59,355 nucleotides of DNA from Candidatus Altiarchaeota archaeon (lineage in GTDB: Archaea; Altiarchaeota; Altiarchaeia; IMC4; SCGC-AAA252-I15): NCBI GenBank assembly GCA_041306075.1, contig JBFYKH010000079.1, forward strand, positions 1 through 59,355. The letters run 5' to 3'. Each line of letters begins with the position of its first letter. The stretch's first letter is position 1. Below are positions 45,889-54,798 of the stretch, piece by piece. The notes under the pieces were generated by a model. The model was not told where the DNA came from. It worked only from the letters and a program-made list of their open reading frames with translations, and did no database searches. Both the position numbers and the translations under genes were made by a program.

Positions 45889-47532
45889 TCATACGCCCCG
45901 CCGGTAGACCGTCAAGACAGTCTCTTCTCCCGCCGATATGTCGTAGACCTCGGAGTAGCCGTGGATGGCTTCAGGGCCGGACGTGCAGCTGGACAGCAGG
46001 TAATCCGGAGTGATTTTAGGCGGCGCATACGATACGGCCCGTATCCGTTTACCCTCCTGAGGCGGCAGCAACCCCATGTTCTCCCCCAGCAGGTATCCGT
46101 CGCCCGGACAATATGCGGATACTGCCAGGTCTGCACCCGGGTCGCTGCGCAGGATGTAGCCAAGACCCTCATAGTAGAATGCTCCCTGTGGTCCGAGGCC
46201 GAAGCCCCGGACCGGCGTCGCCGAGGGGGTTAGGATGGTGAAGTACAGTTCCTCGTGCGGATGGTTCGCCAGTATGTATCCTGCCACGGACATGAATGTA
46301 AGCAAGACGGCGGCTAGGAGGACAATATTAAGGGCCCTGCCAGCCGCGGGATGACGCAAAGAGCCGAAGAGACGCGTTAGCCCCACTAGGCCGCCGGTTG
46401 ATATCGCTACAAATGCGGGGTATATGAAGAAGTGATGCCTCCAGCCACCCCAAAGCGGCGTTCCAGTAAGGACTACCGCGACTAACGGGAGAATAAGCCA
46501 GATGACGAAGAAGACCTCGTTTCTCCTGTCAGGCCCGAAATACCAAGGCCGTTCCATGACCGATTTCAGGATAAAAGCCAAGCCGGCGAGGAACAGGAGC
46601 GTGTACAGGGGGGGTATGGTAGCCAGCATCCATACCGGAGTGTAGTGCCATGGGACGTCGTTAGGGGCAATGGAGTCTCCGAGATATGTTGTTGATAAAG
46701 GCGTAAAGAGGGGCTTGACAGCGTACGTGAACGAGCCCAGTAAATTCCCCAGGGGGTCATCCCACAAGTAAGGCCATAGTAGGACCGTGAATAAGGCGTA
46801 ACAGGCGGCGAACGCGATAAGAGGGTAAAGTACCTCACGGACGCCTCCCCCCCGGGTCCTCCGTCTGGCGAGCTCGACCGCGGCGAATAGCACGGTCAAA
46901 GCGGGCACGAGGACTCCGAAGTTCCTGACGTCGGTCAAGAGGGCGCATGCGAGACCATGCTGGATTGCATGTGACACCCGGAAGTCATCGAGAAAGCGCA
47001 TCATCGTGTATGCGCTCACTGTGAACAGCGCGAGGCATGAGATGTCGACCGAGTTGTAGAACGAGCCGGCGAAGACCCTGGGGCTCAAGACGAGCATGAG
47101 ACATCCTGAAAGGCCCGCCGCCCACCCGCCGTACTGCCGCCTGCAGAGGAGGTAGAAGGCAACCACCCCGCAGTAAAAGAGGAGGAACGTCAGCACATGG
47201 GATATCCTAGCCAAGCCCCCGTCATCCGCAACACCCAGGACCCGCCCGACCGCCACAGCCAAGACCTCGAAGACCGGGCCGTGAATCCTCGCATGCTCGC
47301 TATCCAGAACCAGCCCGGACAACCTGCCTTCGAAGACGTGTTCGTACGCTGCCCTCCCATATTCGGTGTTTCTCTCCTGGTCCCAATGTGTCCCATATGC
47401 ATCAAGCACCAGGAACCCAGCCAACAGGTAGGCCGCAAACAGTAAGACGACCGAGGATTCGCCGGAAAAAGAGGCTTTGACCCTGTTGACCGACGCCCTT
47501 AAGAGTTGAATCGATTGCATGTTGAAGCGCAT
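45889..47532 (-). CDS. Polytopic GT-C glycosyltransferase (ArnT/PMT-like)
   Basis: ~11 TM; WDQ..., HGPVFE, SPRVF..SFYN..D, PWHY.PVW, RH..FIYP. Confidence 0.7.
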   Translation of the reverse strand: MRFNMQSIQLLRASVNRVKASFSGESSVVLLFAAYLLAGFLVLDAYGTHWDQERNTEYGRAAYEHVFEGRLSGLVLDSEHARIHGPVFEVLAVAVGRVLGVADDGGLARISHVLTFLLFYCGVVAFYLLCRRQYGGWAAGLSGCLMLVLSPRVFAGSFYNSVDISCLALFTVSAYTMMRFLDDFRVSHAIQHGLACALLTDVRNFGVLVPALTVLFAAVELARRRTRGGGVREVLYPLIAFAACYALFTVLLWPYLWDDPLGNLLGSFTYAVKPLFTPLSTTYLGDSIAPNDVPWHYTPVWMLATIPPLYTLLFLAGLAFILKSVMERPWYFGPDRRNEVFFVIWLILPLVAVVLTGTPLWGGWRHHFFIYPAFVAISTGGLVGLTRLFGSLRHPAAGRALNIVLLAAVLLTFMSVAGYILANHPHEELYFTILTPSATPVRGFGLGPQGAFYYEGLGYILRSDPGADLAVSAYCPGDGYLLGENMGLLPPQEGKRIRAVSYAPPKITPDYLLSSCTSGPEAIHGYSEVYDISAGEETVLTVYRRGV

Positions 47533-47549
47533 GCCTTTAACGGCGCAGA

Positions 47550-48197
47550 CTATCTCCTGTGCCGGATCACGTTGTAGTGTAGGACGACGTGGTCCCCGTA
47601 CTGGAGTATCCCCTCAAGCTGCATGTCAATCCGCCGGTCGTATTTGCCCCCGAGGACGTTCGGAGCGCCGTCTCCTACGACCATGGGTGCCACGAGGACG
47701 AACACCTCGTCGACGAGGCCGTGGTCCAGCATCCGCTGGTTGAAGGCGTCGTCCCCCTCAAGGAGTATGTTCCTGAGGCCTGCGCGGTGCAGGTCCCACA
47801 GCATGTCCTCCAGGTTGACCGCATACTCGCCGAGCTCCATGACCACCAGGTCAGGCCGCGCGTCCTGTAGGCGCTGGACCTTGGTCTTGGAAGCCCTCTT
47901 GGATGTCACGAGTATGACCTTCCGGGAGCGGTTCTTGAAGACCGCGGCCGCAGGGGGTGTTGTGCCGTCCTTGTCGGCCACCACTATAGCCGGCTCGGGG
48001 CCGCGGGGGTCCTTTATAGGGAAGTTGATGTCCTCCTGTATTATGCGCTCCGCGCTCGTGAGGACCGCGTCCACCTTCGCCCTGAGCTCCTGTATCCTGT
48101 TCTCCTCCAGGCGGTTGGACAGGAGGCCCGGGTTCTCTGGCATCGTCCTGCCGTCGACGCTCGCCGTGGTCGTCAGTATGACATGAGGTTGCGGCAT
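47550..48197 (-). CDS. RibD C-terminal-like pyrimidine reductase (ArfC-like)
   Basis: SVDGR, LRAKVDAVL, ILLEG, LVDEVFVLVAP.VVG. Confidence 0.8.
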   Translation of the reverse strand: MPQPHVILTTTASVDGRTMPENPGLLSNRLEENRIQELRAKVDAVLTSAERIIQEDINFPIKDPRGPEPAIVVADKDGTTPPAAAVFKNRSRKVILVTSKRASKTKVQRLQDARPDLVVMELGEYAVNLEDMLWDLHRAGLRNILLEGDDAFNQRMLDHGLVDEVFVLVAPMVVGDGAPNVLGGKYDRRIDMQLEGILQYGDHVVLHYNVIRHRR

Positions 48198-48238
48198 GTT
48201 CGCTTACCCTATTGAACGGACGATTAAAAAAGGGTGCC

Positions 48239-48260
48239 GCGGCCCCCAAACGGGGGCCGC
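48239..48260 (-). terminator. Intrinsic-type terminator after DUF4139 gene
   Basis: GCGGCCCCC-4nt-GGGGGCCGC stem followed on the minus strand by CCCTTTTTT. Confidence 0.65.
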
Positions 48261-48275
48261 ATGCGGCCTTGCAGC

Positions 48276-49679
48276 CTAGCACCAGTTGTATCGTATGGTG
48301 TAGGTCAGCTTCGACTCGCCGCCTGCCTTTACGGGCACGTTCCAGCGTATCCGCCTGTTGCTCTCCTTGATGTGCGGGTGGTTCTCGGAGGTTATCGTCC
48401 AGTCCCAGAAGGCGCTCTCTATGACAGTCACCGTCACAGCCTCGCTCTTGTGGTTCCTGAGCGTCGACTCCCAGGTTATCTCGTGCTGGCAGCCGAGGTC
48501 GCGGACGTTCATCTGCTTGCGTTCGCCGACTATGTCGAACGCGTTGCCGACCAGTATCCTGACGGTCTCGTCCTTCGGCGTGTGGTCTATCTGGTCTTCG
48601 CCGAGGAACTGGAGCCTGCCCTCGCTGTCGGCCTTGAACACCCTGACCTTCCCCTTCGGAAGCGGCATCCCGAGGCCGTTGCCCTTGCTGTTGTTGAAGT
48701 TCAATTTAACCTGTATCTTGCCTTTCGCGTCGGAGCCGCCCCAGTACCATGTCCCGTCGTTCTCGAAGACGTACTCCTTCGCCACCTTCGAGCCCTGGCT
48801 GGCGAGCAGGCTCAGCTGCTTCTGCTCGTTGTCCTTCAGCGTCGTCCTCCTCTGGAGGTCGTACATGTGGTATTCGAACAGCGACTCCTCCTGGAACTGC
48901 GACGCCCCAGACTTCGTCTCATATGCCATGTCGTACCTGGCGTACGATGGCTGCGGCGGCCTCACGAGGTTGACGTCGCCCGCGACGAGCTTGAGCGCTG
49001 CGTCCTTGAATGTGGTCCCTGCGTTGTTGTTTACGGTCACCCAGCCGTTCAGGTCCATCGCCTTGTCGTCCTTGTCGGTGACGAGGACGTAGTCGGCAGC
49101 CCAGCTTATGCCGGATGTCATGTATGACAGCTCAGCGGTCTTCTGGCCGGCCCCCTTGTTCGACAGGAGCCATTCGAGCGTGGGCTTCATTATCAGCCCC
49201 TCAGGCAGGGACGGCAGGAGGAGGTCGCTGACCGAGACTATCCTGATGCTCCCGTCGTCGAGCTTGAGTATGAGCTCCCCGCCCTGGCTGGCCAACAGCA
49301 TCCCGGACACCGGCTCCTTCGTGTCCCCCACGACGAGCGAGCCCTGAATCCTCTGGCCCAGGTACTTCTCGAGTATCTTCGCCTTGCTCACGAGGTCGTA
49401 CTCGTAGTTCTGCTCGAGCACGTCGAACGAACCGTCCTTCGAGGACAGCTTCACGCTCGTTGGGTCGATGCGGGAGGCTACGCCCTCGAAGGAGTACCAG
49501 CCCTCGCCGTCCCTGAGGCTCATCTGCCTCGCCTCCTTCACGACCCCGAGGTCGCTGTTGTACACAGTCACTTCCAAACCGCCGTCCCCGGAATACTGTT
49601 CCGGAGCCGGTGCGCTACATCCCGATGTGGCCAGCGCTGCGGTGATGAGCAGCACAAGCAATAGTTTACCGGAGTTCAT
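48276..49679 (-). CDS. DUF4139/DUF4140 domain lipoprotein
   Basis: Lipobox-like LATSGC; VTVYNSDLGVVKE, ISWAADY, LFEYH.Y, GMPLPKGKVRV, IDHTPKDE. Confidence 0.85.
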   Translation of the reverse strand: MNSGKLLLVLLITAALATSGCSAPAPEQYSGDGGLEVTVYNSDLGVVKEARQMSLRDGEGWYSFEGVASRIDPTSVKLSSKDGSFDVLEQNYEYDLVSKAKILEKYLGQRIQGSLVVGDTKEPVSGMLLASQGGELILKLDDGSIRIVSVSDLLLPSLPEGLIMKPTLEWLLSNKGAGQKTAELSYMTSGISWAADYVLVTDKDDKAMDLNGWVTVNNNAGTTFKDAALKLVAGDVNLVRPPQPSYARYDMAYETKSGASQFQEESLFEYHMYDLQRRTTLKDNEQKQLSLLASQGSKVAKEYVFENDGTWYWGGSDAKGKIQVKLNFNNSKGNGLGMPLPKGKVRVFKADSEGRLQFLGEDQIDHTPKDETVRILVGNAFDIVGERKQMNVRDLGCQHEITWESTLRNHKSEAVTVTVIESAFWDWTITSENHPHIKESNRRIRWNVPVKAGGESKLTYTIRYNWC

Positions 49680-49739
49680 GGTATGTTATTCCATGAGGGA
49701 CGTAATAAAAGCTGATGATTTGGTTCGGCTTCGGCCGAA

Positions 49740-50852
49740 TTAGCCGAGCTGCTCCAGGACGTCCGTCTTCGCATGCCTGAGCTTCAGCCGCCTGCTCTGG
49801 CCAGGGCCGGGCAGCGGCTCCGACGCCACGAGGCCGGCGTTCTCCAGTTTCGCGACGATTTGGTTGTACTTTTTCACGCCCGTGCCGGCATACCCCTTCA
49901 GCTTCAGGTAGAGTTCTCCCGAGCGCACCCCGTCTTCCGATGCGATGAGGGACAGGAGCTTCCGCTCGACATCGTCGAGGGATGCTATCGCCTTCCTTAG
50001 CCCCACCTTCCGGGAGTCCCGCTCGTAAGCCTCCGTGACGTGCTCCCGGGTGATGCTGCGCGAGGCGTCCTTCTCAGCGAGGAGGGCGCTGCGCCTTATC
50101 AGGTCTATCCCGACCCTCATGTCGGCGGCCTCCACAGTCTTCTCGACGACATAGTCCAGGAGTTCGTCGGAGAGTACTCCGTCGTACAGGCCGTACCGCA
50201 CCCTGGTCGAAAGTATGTCCCTGGCCTCGGACAGGCTGTATGGCGGAAAGTCGACCTTGACGGGACTGTAGACGCTGGCCGTCTTCGGGTCCAGGTCCAG
50301 TAGGATGTTCTCGTCTATGAGTATCCCGACGACGCCGACCTTGTCGTACCCGTACGTGGTGTGGGCCTTCAGGAGGTCCAGGAGCAGCGAGTCTACTGTG
50401 TTGTTGAGGAACAGCTGGTCTATCTCGTCCAGCGCCACGACGAGGCTTCTGCCCTCCTTCTGGAGCTTCTTGAACACCTTCTCCTTGACTGCGTTCAGCG
50501 GCTTGCCAGTGTCCGGCGGCGAATGGCCTATCACGGCCTCGTGTATCCGCGAGAATATGCTGAAGCGTGTGTTGTAGTCGTCGCAGTTGACGTATACCGC
50601 GGCGAGCTTCCCGGACGTCTTCGCCGCCTCGTTGAATATGTACTTGACTGCCGTCGTCTTCCCGGTGCCCGGGGGCCCGTGGACGAGCGTGTTGACCGGG
50701 TTGACGCCCCTGAGCCCCGGCTTCAGGGACAGTGTTATCTCCCTTATCTGGTCGTCCCTGTGGGCGAAGTCCTCGGGAACGTATGAGGGGGTGAAGACCT
50801 CCTCGTCCCTGAAGAGCGTCTCCTCGGCGAGCAGTATGTCCCTGGGCTTCAT
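49740..50852 (-). CDS. cdc6: Cdc6/Orc1 family protein (paralog 2)
   Basis: VFTPSYVPEDF.HRD.Q, GPPGTGKTT, ALDEID, DMRVGIDL; winged helix. Confidence 0.9.
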   Translation of the reverse strand: MKPRDILLAEETLFRDEEVFTPSYVPEDFAHRDDQIREITLSLKPGLRGVNPVNTLVHGPPGTGKTTAVKYIFNEAAKTSGKLAAVYVNCDDYNTRFSIFSRIHEAVIGHSPPDTGKPLNAVKEKVFKKLQKEGRSLVVALDEIDQLFLNNTVDSLLLDLLKAHTTYGYDKVGVVGILIDENILLDLDPKTASVYSPVKVDFPPYSLSEARDILSTRVRYGLYDGVLSDELLDYVVEKTVEAADMRVGIDLIRRSALLAEKDASRSITREHVTEAYERDSRKVGLRKAIASLDDVERKLLSLIASEDGVRSGELYLKLKGYAGTGVKKYNQIVAKLENAGLVASEPLPGPGQSRRLKLRHAKTDVLEQLG

Positions 50853-50897
50853 CTTCAAGTATATGTCCGCTTAAAGAAATAAGCGGGGTATGGGAGG

Positions 50898-51014
50898 CTA
50901 TATGAGCCTTGGGTTGAAGCCGAGCTGGTAGTAGGCGTATGTCTTGTCCCACTCCAGGTACGCTCTCTGCGCCTTCTCCGTCTTCGACGCCATTTTCATG
51001 GGGGTTGTCTCCAT
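50898..51014 (-). CDS. Small protein (38 aa) not in the ORF track: METTPMKMASKTEKAQRAYLEWDKTYAYYQLGFNPRLI
   Basis: Open frame with GGAGG SD 9 nt before ATG; genome-typical codons; co-oriented directly upstream of cdc6-2. Confidence 0.55.
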   Translation of the reverse strand: METTPMKMASKTEKAQRAYLEWDKTYAYYQLGFNPRLI

Positions 51015-51238
51015 TTTTCTTCGCCTCCTAGTCCCGGACCCTTTCCCGGCCTACCGAAGCCCGGTTTCCCTGGTTTCGGCATACCCCTTTGATCCAAGCG
51101 GATAGTCATTTCAGCCAACCACCCATGCGCTGATAGGAGATTCGTGTTTGGTTTAAAAGTAGATTGGGGTAGAGAGCACGGGAAAAGTATCTGTTCTGAC
51201 GGGGCTTATATACGGCCCAACCCTAATGTAATTCCAGG

Positions 51239-51475
51239 ATGAATATACGACGGATTCTCGCATTATTGGCCGCTACAGCGCTCGCTGACACCGCCTCCGG
51301 ATACATAGACCCAGGCACCGGAGGGATGATAGTCGGGGGGATGGGAGGAGCGATTTACGCACTTTTGGCAGGCGCCTTCGCAGTGGCTGCGGGAGTGGCC
51401 TACAGGTTCTATGGCAGCATAAAGGCAGGAGTTGGGGCTTTATGGTCAAGGTTTTTTGGAAGGCGGCGGCAGTAG
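51239..51475 (+). CDS. Small signal-peptide/TM protein with YIDPG motif
   Basis: Signal peptide ending TASG, then YIDPGTGG, TM helix and basic tail; TATA-like TTATATA ~27 nt upstream. Confidence 0.7.
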   Translation: MNIRRILALLAATALADTASGYIDPGTGGMIVGGMGGAIYALLAGAFAVAAGVAYRFYGSIKAGVGALWSRFFGRRRQ

Positions 51476-52860
51476 CCGCCATATTAACGGCGCTGTTGTT
51501 CCTTGGCTGGCGCCAGGTGTCTTCAGAGGGATGCCCGGACTGCAACGTAATACTAATCTCCGTCGACGCCCTCCGCGCAGACCACCTCGGAGTCTACGGC
51601 TACGGGAGGGGCACGAGCCCGAACATCGACGCTTTCGCCAGGGAGTCGGTGGTGTTCGACAACGCCGTGACCCCGAGGCCGAAGACGAATCCGAGCGTCG
51701 CCTCGATGCTGAGCGGCATCTACCCGTACCGTCACGGCGTCAGGGAACACAGCGTCCCAATAGCGGACAAGACGCCCCTGCTCCAGGAGTGGCTAAGGGA
51801 CGGCGGATGGCACACCGCCGCGTTCGTGAGCAACTGGGTGCTTCAGCCGGGCCTCGGGGGATTCCAGAGAGGCTTCGACGTCTACGACTACGACTTCACG
51901 AGGCAGGAGATGAACAGGAGGGATGTAGGGGAGAGGGACGCGGCCGAGACGAATGATGCAGTGTATAAATGGCTTGACGGCCGCAGCGTGGGGAAATTCT
52001 TCCTGTGGATACACTACATCGACCCCCACGGGCCCTATTACCCCCCAGAAGGCTACCGCGGACTCTACACCCACGCAGAGCCATCGTGGGTCAAAGTCGG
52101 CATGCTGCCGCCGTACCAGATTCTCCCGGATGCACCAAGAAGCGGCGACGCCACCGACGCCGCATACTACATCGACCAGTACGACGGCGAAGTCAGGTAC
52201 GTCGACCACGAGTTCGGCCGGCTGATTGCGAGCCTCCGTGAACGCGGCCTCCTCGAGAAGACGCTCGTCATCCTGACGAGCGACCACGGGGAGGGCCTCG
52301 GCGAACACGCCTACTACTTCGAGCACGGAGGGGAGGTGTACGAGGACAACTCGAAGGTCCCCTTGATAGTCCGCTACCCGGACGGAAGAGTAGCTGGAAC
52401 GCGGGTCCGCGAGCTCGTCTCCCTCATGGACGTCCCCCCGACTGTAACGGCCTATCTCGGTCTCGGCTGGCGGGGGGCCGCCTCGCCCGACGGGAGAGAC
52501 TGGGCGCCCGCGCTGTATGGGGCGGCGGTTCACGACGACGTGTTCATCGAGAGGAAGGAGGGCCCCGTCTTCCAGAGGGCGGCCGTGAGGACTAGGACGA
52601 TGAAATTCCTTGCCAAGGATTTATGTAATCCAGCGGACTCCGAAGGTGGCGCGTGCGAAGGCGCGAGGTACGAGTGCTACGACCTATCCCATGACCCTCT
52701 TGAGCTTGACTCAGAAGGCTGCGGCGCTGAAAAAGAAGCCCTAAGGAAGAGGCTGATGGAGCGCCTGGCCTCCGCGTGGAGGGATGGCTTGACGCTCCCT
52801 GTCGGGACCATGACGGAAAAAGACTCAGGCATACTTAAGTCGCTCGGTTATATGAATTAA
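51442..52860 (+). CDS. Membrane-anchored sulfatase-family protein
   Basis: NVILISVDALRADH, TPNID, KT.PS.ASMLSG, HY.DPH.PY, TSDHGE, VPLI. Confidence 0.88.
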   Translation: MVKVFWKAAAVAAILTALLFLGWRQVSSEGCPDCNVILISVDALRADHLGVYGYGRGTSPNIDAFARESVVFDNAVTPRPKTNPSVASMLSGIYPYRHGVREHSVPIADKTPLLQEWLRDGGWHTAAFVSNWVLQPGLGGFQRGFDVYDYDFTRQEMNRRDVGERDAAETNDAVYKWLDGRSVGKFFLWIHYIDPHGPYYPPEGYRGLYTHAEPSWVKVGMLPPYQILPDAPRSGDATDAAYYIDQYDGEVRYVDHEFGRLIASLRERGLLEKTLVILTSDHGEGLGEHAYYFEHGGEVYEDNSKVPLIVRYPDGRVAGTRVRELVSLMDVPPTVTAYLGLGWRGAASPDGRDWAPALYGAAVHDDVFIERKEGPVFQRAAVRTRTMKFLAKDLCNPADSEGGACEGARYECYDLSHDPLELDSEGCGAEKEALRKRLMERLASAWRDGLTLPVGTMTEKDSGILKSLGYMN

Positions 52861-54777
52861 ATGAAAAACGTTAGTGTGATTGCGGCATTGGCCGCGCTGG
52901 CGGTGGCTGCATTGGCTTACGCGGCGTTATACCACGCAGGAGGAGGCGTTATGCCTGAGGCGAAGTACAGGAAGGTTCTGGTCATCGGGATAGACGGGAT
53001 GGACCCTAAGATTACCGGGAGGCTGATGGCCGAGGGGAGGCTGCCGAACTTCAAGCGCCTCTCCGAGTCAGGCGCCTACATGGCTTTGGACACGAGCACG
53101 CCCCCCCACAGCCCGGTAGCCTGGACTTCCATGGCAACCGGCTCCAACCCGGGCAGGCACAACATATTCGACTTCATCAGGAGGGACGAGAGGACCCGGA
53201 TGCCGGAGCTCTCGCTCGCGAAGACGAAGAGCGGCCTGGCGGGCACGAGCTACGAATCGTACGTGAAGGCGACGCCTTTCTGGAGGAGCGCCTCGGCCGC
53301 AGGCGTGAAGACCACCGTAATCCGCTGGCCGGTCACGTTCCCGCCCGAGGATGTTGAGGGGGACATGCTTTCTGGCCTCGGCGTCCCGGACATCAAAGGC
53401 TTCCTGTCAGGGTACACATACTACACGTCCGACAAGGACGCGAAGTCTGAGAAGTCCTCCAACAGGGTGGTGACACTAGACCTGACCGCAGGCTCGGCGG
53501 CGACCCATGTCTGGGGGCCGAAGACCGTGAAGTCCGGGGAGGTCGCGGACGTAACGGCGCCGATGAGGATAGATGCCGCCCCGGGGAAGGTCAAGCTGAC
53601 CGTCGACGGCCTCGAATACACGGTAGAGGATGGTAGGTGGAGCGGTTGGGTGCGGGCGAAGTTCAAGGTGAGCGCCTTCAAGACAGCCTACGGGACCTTC
53701 AAGGCCTACGTGTCTTCAGCCGAGCCCCTGAGGATGTACGTCACCGCGGTGCAGATCGACCCCGAGAACCCAGTGGTCTCGATTTCGAAGCCTGATGGTT
53801 ATTCCGCACAGCTGGCGCGGGAAATAGGCCTCTACTACACCCTCGGGATGCCTGAGGAGACCGACGGCTACGTGGACGGCAAACTCGACAAAAACGCGTT
53901 CATCGCCCAGATAGTGGACATCGAGGGGGAGCGGGACCGGATGTTCCGGCGGGAGCTTGACCTGTTCCTGGCCAGGGACGCCGGAATCCTCGCGTTCGTG
54001 TACGACTCGAGCGACAGGGTCCAGCACGTGACGTGGAACCAGAGCATGCTCGAAGGCGGGGAGCTAGTGCTGGACGACGCCATAGCCGGATACTATGAGG
54101 GCAAGGACAGGCTCATAGGGGAAGTCCTCCCGAGGCTAGACGATAGGACTCTCCTTCTGGTGGTGTCCGACCACGGCTTCACCTCATATGAGAAGGGCGT
54201 GAGCATGAACCGCTGGCTCGTCGAGAACGGCTATATGGCGCTGACAAGGGAGCCTCCGGAGGGACAGGACGGCGCGCTCTTCGAGTACGTGGACTGGACT
54301 AAGACCAAGGCCTATTCCCTCGGATTCAACAGCGTCTACGTGAACGCCAGGGGGAGGGAGGACGGGGGCATAGTGGAGGACAGGCAGGCGTTCGCCAGGG
54401 AGCTTCAAGGGAGGCTCGAAGCAATGACCGACCCCGCGAACGGCAGGAGGCCGGTCCACAGAGCCTACCTGAGGGAGGATATCTACAGCGGCCCCTACGT
54501 GAAGGACGCCCCCGACATAGTGGTCGGCTACAACCCCGGCTACAGGATGGCCTGGCAGACGGCCATCGGCGGCCTCACCCCGGAAGTCTTCGTGCCGAAC
54601 ACGAAGAAGTGGAGGGGCGACCACCTCGTCGACCCATCGTACGTCCCCGGCGTCCTATTCTCGAACGCGAGGCTCGGCAGCGGCTCCGCCTCGCAGACGG
54701 ACGTGGCCCCGACAATACTGGCGGCGGTAGGGGTCAGGAAGCCCGACGGGATGGACGGGAAAAGCCTGCTCGGCTGA
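52861..54777 (+). CDS. Alkaline phosphatase/nucleotide pyrophosphatase family protein
   Basis: VIGIDGMD, PPHSPVAWTSMATG.NPG.H.IFDF, SDHGF, GDH, DVAPTIL. Confidence 0.88.
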   Translation: MKNVSVIAALAALAVAALAYAALYHAGGGVMPEAKYRKVLVIGIDGMDPKITGRLMAEGRLPNFKRLSESGAYMALDTSTPPHSPVAWTSMATGSNPGRHNIFDFIRRDERTRMPELSLAKTKSGLAGTSYESYVKATPFWRSASAAGVKTTVIRWPVTFPPEDVEGDMLSGLGVPDIKGFLSGYTYYTSDKDAKSEKSSNRVVTLDLTAGSAATHVWGPKTVKSGEVADVTAPMRIDAAPGKVKLTVDGLEYTVEDGRWSGWVRAKFKVSAFKTAYGTFKAYVSSAEPLRMYVTAVQIDPENPVVSISKPDGYSAQLAREIGLYYTLGMPEETDGYVDGKLDKNAFIAQIVDIEGERDRMFRRELDLFLARDAGILAFVYDSSDRVQHVTWNQSMLEGGELVLDDAIAGYYEGKDRLIGEVLPRLDDRTLLLVVSDHGFTSYEKGVSMNRWLVENGYMALTREPPEGQDGALFEYVDWTKTKAYSLGFNSVYVNARGREDGGIVEDRQAFARELQGRLEAMTDPANGRRPVHRAYLREDIYSGPYVKDAPDIVVGYNPGYRMAWQTAIGGLTPEVFVPNTKKWRGDHLVDPSYVPGVLFSNARLGSGSASQTDVAPTILAAVGVRKPDGMDGKSLLG

Positions 54778-54798
54778 ACAGAGCCGACCAACACCTTT

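Noticed and set aside
51075-51100. TPP riboswitch suggested by ATACCCCTTTGA
   Set aside because: No upstream CTGAGA element or downstream AACCTGA motif.
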